Positions 40,010 through 61,602 of a stretch of 64,000 bases of DNA are shown here, in pieces. The translations under genes were made by a program, and so were the position numbers. The DNA comes from the human T2T-CHM13v2.0 reference genome, Homo sapiens, in the NCBI RefSeq assembly GCF_009914755.1, contig NC_060939.1. One strand, 5' to 3'. The notes under the pieces are model-generated. The model saw only the letters and a program-made list of their open reading frames with translations, did no database searches and was not told the origin of the DNA. Numbering within the stretch: position 1 is the stretch's first letter; the number at the start of each line of letters is the position of its first letter.

Positions 40010-41952
40010 TTTAGATGAATAAATGAACAAAATTGCAAGGGGCATATTAATTACAGTGGAACCACATAATCTATGTATTTAACTTATTTAATGATTTAAG
40101 TTTAAAAAAGAAATAATTTAAATGATACAGATGATATCCATCATCCCATTTTATGAGTATATGCCTTAGAACAAACTTGAGACAACTCTCCGATTCTTTC
40201 AGTTAGTCCCTGTTTGTGCATCTCTCACTGTGTAAGCACAGCTCTCTAAAATGAGGACCATGAGCAAGCAGGCTAGTGTAGTAGTTAGCTGCACAGAGCT
40301 CACCAGCTGTGTGGCCACGGACAAATTACTTAAAATTTCTGTGTTTCAGTTTTCTTACTTCTAAAATGGAGATAAAAATAATAGTTTCTGTCTCATGGGT
40401 TTAGGGGAGATTAAATGAATATATGCAAAACACTTAGAACAATACCTGGCAGATAGTTTTATAAGTGTTACAGAAGAATCTGGTATTATTATTACCATTT
40501 CCCTAGTGTTTAATTATTCACACAACACAGCCCTTAAACGCAAACAAAGTATTTCATCTGGTGCTCAACTTAAAAAACAACATTATATTCCAAAGATGGA
40601 GAAAAAAAGCCAATTGTGTCAGTCCTCCTAAAAGCTGTATGTTGGTCTCTAAAATTTGACTTCCAAAGGGACTTATAAGAATTAATCTTATTGTACATGA
40701 TTTTGGTCTAAAACCCTAGACCAGTGTTAGGGTCTAACACCCCCAGCCAGTGTTAGTTAACAACCTAACTTTAGAACTTAAAATCCCATGTAAAACACAA
40801 CAAAACTGCACATGACAATAAATTTAAGCTTTTGAAATATTTGTTTCTAAGTCAATCTTTTACATAAGTTCTTAAATACTGTTACTTGTTAACATTTAAA
40901 TAACATTAAATCACTACATATATTACATGACATGTCTTTCAAAATATGCACTACAGACTTTCTTTACTAATTTAGTATAGGTTAACTAGCTGTCAACACA
41001 ATTTATGAGTATGGTATTGACTGCATATCTGAATATATTTTTTTATTATGAAATAAATTACATATATACCTAAAGGTTATTATTTAGATTTTACATTCTT
41101 ATATACAATCTAATTCTATTGCACTTACTGTATTTCTTAATTTTACCACGCATGGTATAATCAGTATTTCTATAAATTTAAAAATAACTGGGGATAATGT
41201 AATTTTATTACATGTGATAAATGTCATGCCCAAGTTGGTACACAAGTTATATTCTCATGGCTCATCCTATATATAGTACACTTCAAATAGTGGATATATA
41301 ATACTACTTGGTTCAAAGGCAAATGTAAAAACATCAAACTTAGCTAATTTTCTTTATTTCAATTACTAAAACAAAAGGCCATGTGAATCTTTCTATGACA
41401 CCCCTGGAACCTCCACCCTCAATGCAGCAACTAACTATATCCACCTCCAAAGGAATAGGTGGAACACAACAGAAAGGCCACTCTCCTTGGTCTATCAAGT
41501 CCTTCCACACCCTCCATCGGACCATCTGATGCTTGTAGGGGCAATCTGGGGCTGGAAACAGTGAATTAAGACTTACTCATAATTTGTAAGACTGTAAGTT
41601 TCATAAATACAAAAAAAACCAAAAAACAGTGTGCTTTCTGGCAAAGAGTAGCTAGAAAATAATCTGCCTTCCCCAAATTCCTGTGACCCACAAGAAGCAG
41701 GCCAACTCTAATTGTAGTTTGATAGAAAAAATAAAAAATAACCCAACATATGGAAACGACACAAATTAGCTATGAAAAACTATTCCAAAGTTATATATAC
41801 CATGTAGGATAAACACATTTAGATAATACGTATCTTTCTTGGTAATACACAAGCAAATACATACATGTCTATCACTGTTACTGCTGAAACACTTCACTGA
41901 AATAAATGTCAAAAGGAAGAATGATTACAGAGGAGGACCTGAAGTCACTTAC

Positions 41953-41994
41953 TTGTAAATCTGTACTCATCCTCCCGTCTTCTTATTTCTAACT
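41953..41994 (-). CDS. CLPX: CLPX exon 6 (42 nt, phase 1-1)
   Basis: ctttcttag|AG...ACAA|gtaagt; (E)LEIRRREDEYRFT; required to give the 633-aa protein. Confidence 0.93.
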
Positions 41995-43360
41995 CTAAGA
42001 AAGAGGATGAAAATATTACATATTTGTTTACCTTGGGGGAACAAACAATGAGTATCCCACCTCCTGTCCTCTTTCAAATATATTTAAAGGATTTGTTCAT
42101 TAACATTTTTCAGCTTTTCATATATGCTATATCTTTTCTATATTAAAACAAAACCATGCATAAAGACCGCTGTCCAGTTGCTAATATTCACATTTGTCAA
42201 ATACATAATTGATATCTATTGTAAGGGTATAATAACATAAGTCTTTAATAAGAGTTTAAGCCCCTCATGCTATAAATATTATAACCATTTGCTCCTCCAG
42301 CACTTAGAATAGCTTAAATATTTATTTATTACCGAGGAAAACAAAAAAGTTTTGCTCCATAACTATCAGTGCTATTTGGACCTTATAAAAATGAAGATTT
42401 CAGGCCAGGCGCAAGAGTTCACGCCTATTAATCCCAGCACTTTGGGAGGCTGAGGCAGATGGATTGCTTGGGAGACTGAGGTGGGAGGATCACTGGAGCC
42501 TGGGAAGTTGAGGCTGCAGTGAGTCGCAATCCAGCCTGGGTGACAGAGAGAGACCTTGTCTTGAAAAAAAGAAAAAGGTTCCAAGTCATCCGTTAGTTAT
42601 GACTTATACTTTCTAAAAATAACTGATACCATCACATACCTATTTTGCAGTTATGTGATGTAAGTTCAGCAAGTGAACAAGTGTCTTCATTGAAATAAAT
42701 TATACATTTAGTTGCTACTAAAGGCAATCAAAGATAATGTAGACTTATAAATTTAAGTACTTAGCAGAACTCCTTCACACTGTACAGTGATAACTAAAAG
42801 AATCTAAAATGATGGAATATAGGCCTAAATCAGAAATTGGGGCTGTCTGGCCAACAAAACAAAAAATTAAATATTCATATTTACTCTATGCATAATTGTT
42901 TTTAATAAATCATTCTATTAATATACATTATTGTCCATAGTAAATTGAGATTATACAGTATACTGTATAATGACTACAGCCATGTGCCACCCCACCTGGC
43001 TAATTTTTGTATTTTTAGTAGAGACGGAGTTTCCCATGCTGGCCAGGCAGGTCTCGAACTCCTGACCTCAAGTGATCCCCCCGCCTCGGCCTCCAAACGT
43101 GCTGGGATTACCGGCATAAGCCACCATGCCAGGCCTAAGAAATAATATTTACCTTAACTGTAAGTTAATGTATTCTGTTATTTTCTATTCATATCTATCA
43201 AATTTTTAAAAAATGCTGTTGGCAAATGATTTCATAACACACTAATGGGGAATAACCTGCACTTTGAAAAATGCCACACTATATAAAAAACATTTTAAGA
43301 AGAAAGTGAGGAGTTACAAATAAAGATTACTTTTAAGCATAGCAATCTCTATTTAGGTCA

Positions 43361-43573
<213 letters not shown>

Positions 43574-44710
43574 CTATTATAAGAGCACACACATTAAAAA
43601 GTTATTTACTAAGCATATTTGCTTACAGTTTTAAATCTGAACAAAGACTCTCATTAAAAACAAAATGACAATACATTATATAGCAATGATTCAGAGGCCC
43701 TGAACACTAAATGAACAAAAACACAATTCATTTGTTCTCTAGCTTAACAAAGTATCACTGTACTCTACTAGTGTTGTGCTAATTTCTATTCTATAAACAA
43801 TGCTATCAATCTTTATTTTTTGATAACAAATTAAATTTAAAGTAACTTAGAATACATACACATGCCACCATGGTCTAAAAGTATCAACATTAATGTAAAT
43901 CATTAAAATAAATCCATACCTGTCAATCAAATGAATAACATTCTTCACAAAGATAACATTATAAAACTACTCTTTTCAGAAACAGGCATTACATAATCAA
44001 AAGCCATTATACTATCAGTATCTATGTGTTTTAGTAAATTTAATTTTTTCTCAGACATTAACTTTAAAGCTACTCATTTATCTGAGACTCTAAAAACTGT
44101 ATTCTTATTTTTTTTTATTTTCTAAAAATATATTTTTTTCTTTTTTTGATACAGGGTCTCACTGTGTCGCCAAGGCTGGTCTTGAACTCCTGGGGCTCAA
44201 GCAATCTTCCTGCCTTGGCTTCCCAAAGTGCTGGGATTACAGGCATGAGCCACCAAGCTCAGCCCTAAAAACTTTATTCTTAATAGTAGCTAAAGCTCTA
44301 TTCTACAGTTGGTTATTGCCAACAGCTTGGAACCTGGGGTAAATTTTTTAAGTTTTTAGTGAATAGAAATGAAATGGTTGGTGAATTAATATTAACCAAC
44401 TCCTGCCGGGCTTGGTGGCTCACGGCTGTAATCCCTGCACTTTGGGAGGCTGAGGCGGATGGATCACTTGAGCCCAGGAGGTGCAGACCAGCCTGGACAA
44501 CATGGCAAAACCCTGTCTCTACAGAAATTAGCTGGGCATAGTGGTAGACACCTGCAGTCCCAGCTACTGTGGAGGCTGAAGTGGGAGGATCACTTGAGCC
44601 CAGGGAGGTTAAGGCTGCAGTGAACCATGAGTGTGCCACTGCACTCCAGCCTGGGCAACAGAGTGAAACCCTGATTAAAAAATAAATAATTCAAAAACTC
44701 CTGAAATTAG

Positions 44711-44969
<259 letters not shown>

Positions 44970-45597
44970 TGATCCGCCCGCCTCGGCCTCCCAAAGTGCT
45001 GGGATTACAGGAGTGAACCAAACCACCGCACCCGGCCAAACTGCCTGGAATTTTAACTCACATGTCTAAAGTCTACACAAATTCGTATAGAATATAAAGC
45101 CCAATATATTTTCCATTTTTAATGACAAATTCTTTAGTTGTTGACCATATACATTTTATTATAGTTTTAAACATCTTTATTCCTTACAAATTATACCAAT
45201 GACATTAAATCTGTCACAGCACATTTGGAAGTAGAGACAAATGCACTGATATCTAAACACAGTAGAAGAAAGATACACTGAGGCAGTGAGAAATAATCTA
45301 AGTGTGCAAACATCTGAGACACAGCCAGAACAGAAGGCACATAGCCAGGGTACAAGGGTTCCCAGTTCTCAAAAAGCACACACCAAATACCCAATGGAGC
45401 TGGTGGTACATTCTGTTACATCTCACAGGACCAAATCATACTCTGCCTGAGACTTCTAAAGAGTCCACACTACCAAAGCCACAGTGCTATACGGAGCAGC
45501 CCGGCACACTGGCTATGAAAAAACTACTTACTTACATTATTAGACTGAAGGCTGTTTTACCATAAAATAGACCAATTTAAGGGAGATAATTGCAGGC

Positions 45598-45630
45598 TTT
45601 TTTTTTTAAGGCTAGTCAAGTGGACCAGCC
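45598..45630 (-). pseudogene. Internally deleted Y3 RNA retrocopy (5' and 3' stem ends only, plus A10 tail)
   Basis: Minus strand reads GGCTGGTCC+ACTTGACTAGCCTT+A10, i.e. the RNY3 5' end joined to its 3' end; flanked by AGCCT. Confidence 0.7.
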
Positions 45631-45975
45631 TAGGCTGGTGTTATTTAAGGGTCCATATGAACAAAAATAAATCAGAAGTTGCTTGCTCTATTGTAGATAT
45701 TATTTCAGATTAACTTGGTATTAACAAGTTAACATTTTAATAATTATCTAGCTATATTTCACTGCCACTGAATACAGTAATCATAACATGGGAAAAAGCA
45801 ACAGACCCCATATTTAAATTCCAAAAGGCAATAACAATTTAGCCACATATGGTCCATATTATGAACCTATAATACTTGTTTATATACTAGTATTAGGATT
45901 CAGTGTAAACTTGGGAGAGGGAAGCAATGGAATGTTTTCAAGATAAAATACTTGTAAGACTGAGCTTAAGACTTA

Positions 45976-46188
<213 letters not shown>

Positions 46189-46371
46189 TTAACCTTAAAG
46201 ACTCCACTGTAAATGAAAGCTACGCACCTGACAAAAAGTAGACTTGCTGTTCAATCTACTTGCCACACAAACAGCCTCATTTATATACCAAGTATACTAC
46301 AAAGATAGATCAGTCAACTACCTTTTGCTCATTTCTATTAGGTCCTTTCATTTTGTGATATACTTCTTTAA

Positions 46372-46637
<266 letters not shown>

Positions 46638-47004
46638 TGATCTCTTCACCTTGTTATCTGCCCGTCTCCGCCTCCCAAAGTGCTGGGATTTACAGGCGTG
46701 AGCCACCGCACCCGGCCCACTAAAAAAGATTTAAAACCTCTTTGAGAATATGGAGTAATCATCTATTTTATTGAAATACTTGAATGAACAAACTAAAAAA
46801 GTAAAATACAAGATTCATATATTTTTCCAATATTATAAAAAATGTCAAACATATACAAAAGTTGAAAGAGATAAATCTATTTTAATTCCTAAAAATGTAA
46901 AAAATGTATATTCTTTACATTCTCTTAAACCCATGAGCATTTTTCGGGCGTGTTGGCTCATGCCTGTAATCCCAGCACTTTGGGAGACTGAGGCAGGTGG
47001 ATCA

Positions 47005-47271
<267 letters not shown>

Positions 47272-47526
47272 TTATTTTATCTTTACTCCACTAGTTCCTA
47301 TTTCTCTGATCAAAAAACCACTAAGAAACTAACAAAATACTGCTTTCTCAGTCATACTGATTGGATTTAAAGATAATCATGCAGACTTTGAAAGCAATAC
47401 AAAGGTAGTTTAAAGTGAGGATAAAAAGAGTCTCTTTTTTCTTTTAAAAATTTTTGGCCAGGCATGGTGGCTCAGGCCTGTAATCCCAGCACTTTGGGAG
47501 GCCGAGGGGGACAGATCACGAGGTCA

Positions 47527-48113
<587 letters not shown>

Positions 48114-48298
48114 CTTTGCGGATACACAGTGGATGAATACATTTATAAGGATTTCTCAATTCCAATGGATCAGCTACAGTATATCCTATGTTAAAGGTGA
48201 TTTATTTTTCTTTTCTCTTTTTTTTTTTTGAGACAGGGTATCGCTCTGTTGCCCAGGCTGAAGTGCAGTGGCGTGATCACTACTCACTGCAGTCTTGA

Positions 48299-48589
<291 letters not shown>

Positions 48590-48676
48590 TGAGCCACTGC
48601 GCCCGGCCGATGCCTGCCTACTTTTAAAAATCTTCTGTAGAGACAGGGTCTCATGATGTTGCCCAGGCGGGTCTCA

Positions 48677-48961
<285 letters not shown>

Positions 48962-49355
48962 TCAGCAGGCTGAGGCAGGAGAACTGCTTGAACCTGGGAG
49001 GCAGAGGTTGCAGTGAGCCGAGATGGTGCCCATCGTGCCCTCTTATTATAAACAAAACAAATAAACATAAAACAACACATGGTTATAGGATGTAGATATA
49101 TGGATATATTTACTTTTTTTTTTTTTTGAGACAGAGTTTCGCTCTTGTTGCCCAGACTAGTGTGCAATGGTGCAATCTCGGCTTACTGCAACCTTTGCCT
49201 CGCCTCCAGGGTTCAAGCAATTCTCTTGCCTCAGCCTCCGAAGTAGCTGGGATTACAGGCATGTGTCACCACGCCCGGCTAATTTTGTATTTTTTAGTAG
49301 AGATGGGGTTTGACCATGTTGGTCAGGCTGGTCTCAAATTCCTGACCTCAGGTGA

Positions 49356-49457
<102 letters not shown>

Positions 49458-50000
49458 TAGCCTCAAATTTCTGTTCTCAAGGGATCCTCCCACCTCCCAA
49501 GTAGCTGGGTTTGGACATACATGCTTAACTCAGCCTAACCCTACTAATGGTAACCGGGGACCTCAGAAAGCAATTTGGTAGAGAATCTCTTATAGGTACA
49601 GGTGGCAAATACAAAGCTAGTATGTCTAAGTAATACATTTTTGTGTAACCCAACTAGAAAGAGAGAACTGCAGAGAAAAAAAAAAATTCATGGAATTTTT
49701 TTTCCTTTGGGAAAATTTTAAATATAAATATCTATCCACAGATTATAGGGAACACTGCACTAGCAAGCACACCTACGTCTTTACAAACTAATCTAAATGA
49801 AAAAAGTAGACAATTCCATATTAAAAAAACAACTTTAGGCTGAGCGGGGTGGCTCAGGCCTGTAATCCCAGCACTTTGGGAGGCCGAGGCGGGTGGATCA
49901 CCTGAGGTCAGGAGTTTGAGACCACCCTGGCCAACATGGCGAAACCCTGTCTTTACTAAAAATACAAAAATTAGCCAGGTGTGGTGGCGGGTGCCTGTAA

Positions 50001-50458
<458 letters not shown>

Positions 50459-51999
50459 TGAGCCACTGCGCCCAGCCATGTTTCTGTTCTTAAACACAAG
50501 ACTAATTAAAAACACATTCTGGGCCGGCCAAGGTGGCTAACGCCTGTAATCCTAGCACTCTGGGAGGCTGAGGCAGGTGGATCACTTAAGGTCAGGAGTT
50601 CAAGACCAGCCTAGCCAACATAGTGAAACCCTGTCATTACTAAAAATATACAAATTATCCGGGCGTGTTGTCTTGTGCCTGTAATCCTAGCAACTGGGGA
50701 GGCTGAGGCACGAGAATTGCTTGAACCTGGAAAGCAGAGGTTGTAGTGAGCTGGGATCACACCACTGCACTTCAGCCTGGGCAATAGAGCGAGACTCAGT
50801 CTCAAAAAAAAAAAAAACATTTCGGATAAATTCTATTAGCAAATTTTAAGGAATAAGCGGTTTCATCCATGTTTCCTATTTGCTGATCACGTATAAATGC
50901 TTAAAGAAAAAGATCAAGCTATTTGAAGCATCTGTGACTAACACAAGCCTAAGTAAATAATCACCACTTCCCATCAATGGGAAAGATAGTTACTGCCTTT
51001 ATAATGATGAGGCACTAGTTTACAATTGTTACTGATGGTAAACAGGGCAAGGATTAAAGGGCAGAGAAGCCGCTGATCTAGTTCAGGCAGTGTGACAGGA
51101 AAATCTGGCCTGAGAGCACAAGTACAAAATATTTCTCTAAGGAAATTAGATCAAAAGGAAAATGATTAAACACCAACAAATCACATCCCTCTTTGCTTAT
51201 TGTTGAAAGGTTGCTTAAATTTGACTTGAATATTTGCAACACAATTTTACACTGACATATTTTCAACATATCCCTAAATTCAAGGATTCAATGTTATTTA
51301 TCAAAATGCTATTTTGGGAAAAAAAAATACAAGCATTGCAATGCACTTTTTTGTTTTGTTTTGTTTTTTGAGACAGAGTTTCACTCTTGTTGCCCAGGCT
51401 GGAGTGCAATGGCGCGATCTCAGCTCACCGCAACCTCCGCCTCCCGAGTAGCTGGGATTACAAGCATGCGCCACCACACCCAGCTAATTTTGTATTTTTA
51501 GTAGAGATGGGGTTTCTCCATGTTGGTCAGGCTGGTCTCAAACTCCCAACCTCAGGTGATCCACCCGCCTTGGCCTTCCAAACGGCTGGCATTACAGGCA
51601 TGAACCACCATGCCTGGCCAATGCATTTTTACTCCAAAAACAAGGGGCAAAAATCTAATTTTGTTAAGTTACCAGGAGATAAATTCTTTCCTTTAAACAG
51701 CTACTACAAGTATCCTATATTTCTTTACATAAAATGTTGTTGGTTTGGGAGGCTGAGGTGGGCGGATCACAAGGTCAGGAGTTCAAGACCAGCTTGGCCA
51801 AGATGGTGAAACCCCCATCTCTACTAAAAATACAAAAAAATTAGCCGGGCATGTTGGCAGGCGCCTGTAATCCCAGCTACTCAGGAGCCTGAGGCTGAGA
51901 ACTGCTTGAATCCGAGAGGTGGAGGTTGCAGTGAGCCTCGATCACACCACTGCACTCCAGTCTGGGCAATAAGAGCGAAACTCCGTCTGGGGGGAAAGA

Positions 52000-53330
<1,331 letters not shown>

Positions 53331-53561
53331 TCTTTTTTTTCTTTTGAGATGAGACAAAGTCTCGCTCTGTCGCCCAGGCTGGAGTGCAGTGGTGCGATCT
53401 GGCTCACTGTAGCCTCTGCCTCCTGGGTTCAAGAGATTCTCCTGCTTCAGCCTCCTGAGTAGTTGGGACTACAGGCGTGCCCCACCACACAGGCGAATTT
53501 TTTGTATTTTTATTAGAGACGGGGTTTCACCGTGTTAGCCAGGATGGTCTCGATCTCCTGA

Positions 53562-53900
<339 letters not shown>

Positions 53901-54023
53901 TAAGCCACCATGCCGGGCCACAACTTGGTAAATATTTTAAAACCACTGAAGATGAATTGCATGGTATATGAATGATGATATCTCAAATAAATTTTTAAAA
54001 GGAAAGGATTAGGCCCACATGTA

Positions 54024-54235
54024 CAGCTGTCCCTTGGCACACATAGGAGACTAGTTCTAGGACCACCCACATATAACCAAATCCATGCATACTCAAGTCC
54101 TGCAGTCGGCCCTGTGGAGACCACACATATGAAAAGTTAGCTCCTCATATATGCTGGCCATTATGTGTTTGGTTGAATAAAAGCTAGGTATAAGTGGGCC
54201 TGAGCAATTCAAACCCACTGTTCGGGAGTCAACTG
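54024..54235 (+). mobile_element. MER8 (Tigger-type) DNA transposon
   Basis: cagctgtccctt...gcatactcaagtcctgcagtcggccctg...gtcaactg. Confidence 0.75.
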
Positions 54236-54888
54236 CATTAACATACACAGCTCTCAAAACGCTGCGTACTGAAAACAAGCAATTTGCAAAAATATGAATA
54301 TGCTATTTATACTTTAAAAAAAATCACACGTTCAATGAAGATATGTTATAGAACTTTATAGCTTCATCTATCAGGGTCTATTCTTTTCTCATAAAGGAGG
54401 ATCTATATATGCATTCTTCAAGTAATTAAAAATAATTAAAATTACAAAAAAGTAGACAATTACTTAAACAGGCCATTCACAAAAGAATTACAACTGACCA
54501 AAAAGCATATAAAAAGATGTTTACAAACTAGTATCCAAATAAATGCAGACTTAAAATGCAGGCCAGGCATGGTGGCTCACACCTGTAATGCCAGCACTTT
54601 GGGAGGCCAAGGCAGGTGAATCACCTGAGGTCAGGAATTCGAGACCAGCCTGGCCAACAAGGTGAAACCCCGTCTCTACTAAAAATACAAAAATTAGCCT
54701 GGCATGGTGGTGGGCACCTGTAATCCCAGCTACTTGGGAGGCTGCGGCTGAGGCACCTGAGGCTGGCACTTGAATCCAGGTGGCAGAAGTTGCAGTGAGC
54801 CAAGATCGCGCCACTGCACTCCAGCCTGGGTGAGAACAGTGAAACTCTGCCTCAGAAAAACAATAGAAACAAAAAACAAACAAAAAAA

Positions 54889-55116
54889 CAGGCTGAGTTA
54901 TCCCTTAACCAAAATGCACGGGACCAGAAGTGTTTCAGAGTTCAAATGTTTTCACGTTTTGGAATATTCACAGAAATACACTGGTTAAGCACCCCTACAT
55001 GAAATCTGAAATCTGAAATGCTCCAATGGAGCATTTCCTTTAAGCGTCATGACGCACTCAAAAGGATTTCAGAGCATTTTGAATTCCAGATTTTCAGACT
55101 ACGGATGCTCAACCTG
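54889..55116 (+). mobile_element. Tigger4a/MER46-type DNA transposon
   Basis: Terminal inverted repeats caggctgagt / atgctcaacctg. Confidence 0.8.
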
Positions 55117-55932
55117 TTAGTAACCTGAGATCAAATAAAACTCTCTTTAGGACTATGAAGACCCAACTTTTAATGATCAGACACAGAAGGATTCAAAAGG
55201 ATGCATTCTGAAAAGACTTTTATTATGGGTACACAAAACTAAGGGAGGAGGGGCTCACTGCACTGCTAGGGCCTACAAATAGTTAGAGGACAGGGACAGT
55301 GTCATGATCATCTGCATATTTTCTGAGCCTAGTGATGTCTGAATCAACACATTTGCTATTAATTTTGCACATAAGTGTGTGCTCTTTTTTTCATTCTTTC
55401 CTTCTACATTTTCTACTCCCATATCACCACCCACAATTAGAATTCTCAAAGCAAACAGGCCTCAGCCTTGAATTGATTACACTAAAGTAGTGTTTCCACA
55501 CTTGGTCTAACTAATAATATACATATACTACTAACATACAAATTCTAGGACTCCATCCCACATCTACAGAATCTTAATCTCTAGGGAAGGAGTTTGGGAA
55601 TCTCTAAGTTTAACAGTCACCTTCAGTGACTAATACAACCTGGCAAGTTTTGGAAAGAATGCATAGAAGGAAAATAAATTTAATCCCAAGAGGAGCTAGT
55701 TTACTCCTAAAGTATCTCCAGATGGTAGAAATGTATGATATAGGAATTTCTGAATAGCAAATCTTCACTGCTATGTGACCTTGAATGAGTTACTTAAACT
55801 TGCTAAATCTCAGTTTATTTATAAAAAGGAGAATACTCTTTGTTCTGGCAAAATTAAGGGTGCAAGAATAAAACTATATATGTTGGCATTTATTAAATAT
55901 TAGTTTCTTTCCTTTTCTACTCTAAGAAATTA

Positions 55933-58235
<2,303 letters not shown>

Positions 58236-58237
58236 TA

Positions 58238-58408
<171 letters not shown>

Positions 58409-59364
58409 CTAACGTTTATGAAGGAGAAAAAAGGAAGAGTGTCAATTATTAGTTTCAGGCAACCAACTTAAATGTAAACAATACTGTTTGTAATTAATTT
58501 TATAATCTTCTATATTTCTAGGATGAAATTATTAGTATATTTTATAATTCTATTACTGGTGTCAGAAGATCTATTTACTTCAAAAATCAAATCAGTTCTA
58601 GTAAATACATATATATCTGCAGTCCTCCTTTGTATAACATGTGCCAACATATATAATAAACAGCTTTCATTCAATGACTCAGGCACTAGAAAATTTACTA
58701 AGGGTAAAAAACTACATTTCAATGAAATTGAATCAGGAGTTATTATCATGGTAGGTAGTGACTCTGACTATTCTTAGATCTAACTTTTCTCATCTCTAAA
58801 ATGGGAATAATTTTACTCACATCAGAGTCACTGTTAAGTATGGATATGTAAGTGTCTCACATTTTGTCTAACATATAAAATTAACTCAAGTGTTAGTCAA
58901 ATTCACGTAATGAAAAAAACTGTTAAGTCACTGACTCAATACAACTACCAACATAAGTTATACTAGCTACAACATAAAGTTATACCAGAAATATGAAATT
59001 TTTAGGCTACCAGAGTAGCCCAACATTAAGTTATACCACAAATCTGAAATTTTTAGGTAGAGGATAAAGTGAGGTTTATACTGCCATGGGTTATAAGAGT
59101 TATATGAAAGCAGGAAATGATGGCTATTCCTAATTCAATCCTACTGACTGTCATTTAATGACACTTCTTTACTACTTTGGGGTGTAAGAAATTTTAATTA
59201 CTGCTTACTATGTGCAATGCTTATAAAAGTATTTTAAGGTTCAAAATGAAACATCTAATTACATAAAATTATTCAGATCATTTTAGCTATCTCATATTTC
59301 CTACAGAAAACATATAAGCCAGTAAGAGACAGTACTGTTATATTTTTTTAAAGGAGGGAACTCA

Positions 59365-59601
<237 letters not shown>

Positions 59602-60094
59602 TCAATAAATCCCCTGGAAACAAAAATTCCTTGAGCATAAAGGAGGTTGAAAAAAAGCTATCATTTTCACAGTAGTATAAACTGAGAGAAAAAAAATGAC
59701 ACCAACGGAGGCAAAGTCCTTTCAAAAACAGGCCAGCAGGTCTGGGCCTCTGAAAGATTCTAAATAAATAAAGGTGTTTCTTTCTGTATGTGTCCTTTGG
59801 AAATAAGGCAAGATCACCCACGTCATAACTTTTTCAAAGTTTGAATGGACTTCAACATCTGCCTCACCTGTAAGATTTTGAAAAAGGCCATTTATGCCCT
59901 ATATTATTATTTCTACCAATGAGAATAAACATCTGACAGCAACTCATCTGTTATTATATAAGAATACTATCTGGGCCGGGTGTGGTGGCTCACCCCTGTA
60001 ATCCTAGCATTTTGGGAGGCCTAGGCGGGTGGATCACTAGAGGTCAGGAGTTCAAAACCAGCCTGGCCAACATGGTGAAACCCCGTCTCTACTA

Positions 60095-60307
<213 letters not shown>

Positions 60308-60330
60308 TTAAGGTCAGGCGCGGTGGCTCA

Positions 60331-60570
<240 letters not shown>

Positions 60571-60584
60571 TTAAAAAATTGTGT

Positions 60585-61153
<569 letters not shown>

Positions 61154-61285
61154 TCAATCCCAAAAGTAGGCTTAGAAAAAGTAATTGAGGGGGCCAGGTG
61201 CAGTGACTCATGCCAGTAATCCCAGCACTTTGGGAGGCCCAGGGGGGCAGATCATAAGGTCAGGAGATCGAGACCATCCTGGCTA

Positions 61286-61534
<249 letters not shown>

Positions 61535-61602
61535 TCAATCAAAATGACCATTCACCAATCATAAAATCCTCATAAAAATGATAAAGCTCTGTAGCAAAGT
61601 AA

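Noticed and set aside
40718-40760. Small gtgttag-ggt-ctaacac hairpin with a repeated ccagtgttag
   Set aside because: 7-bp arms are expected by chance in 64 kb
58949-59057. Repeat-spacer pattern resembling a CRISPR array
   Set aside because: Only two and a half degenerate copies in a human intron, no cas genes
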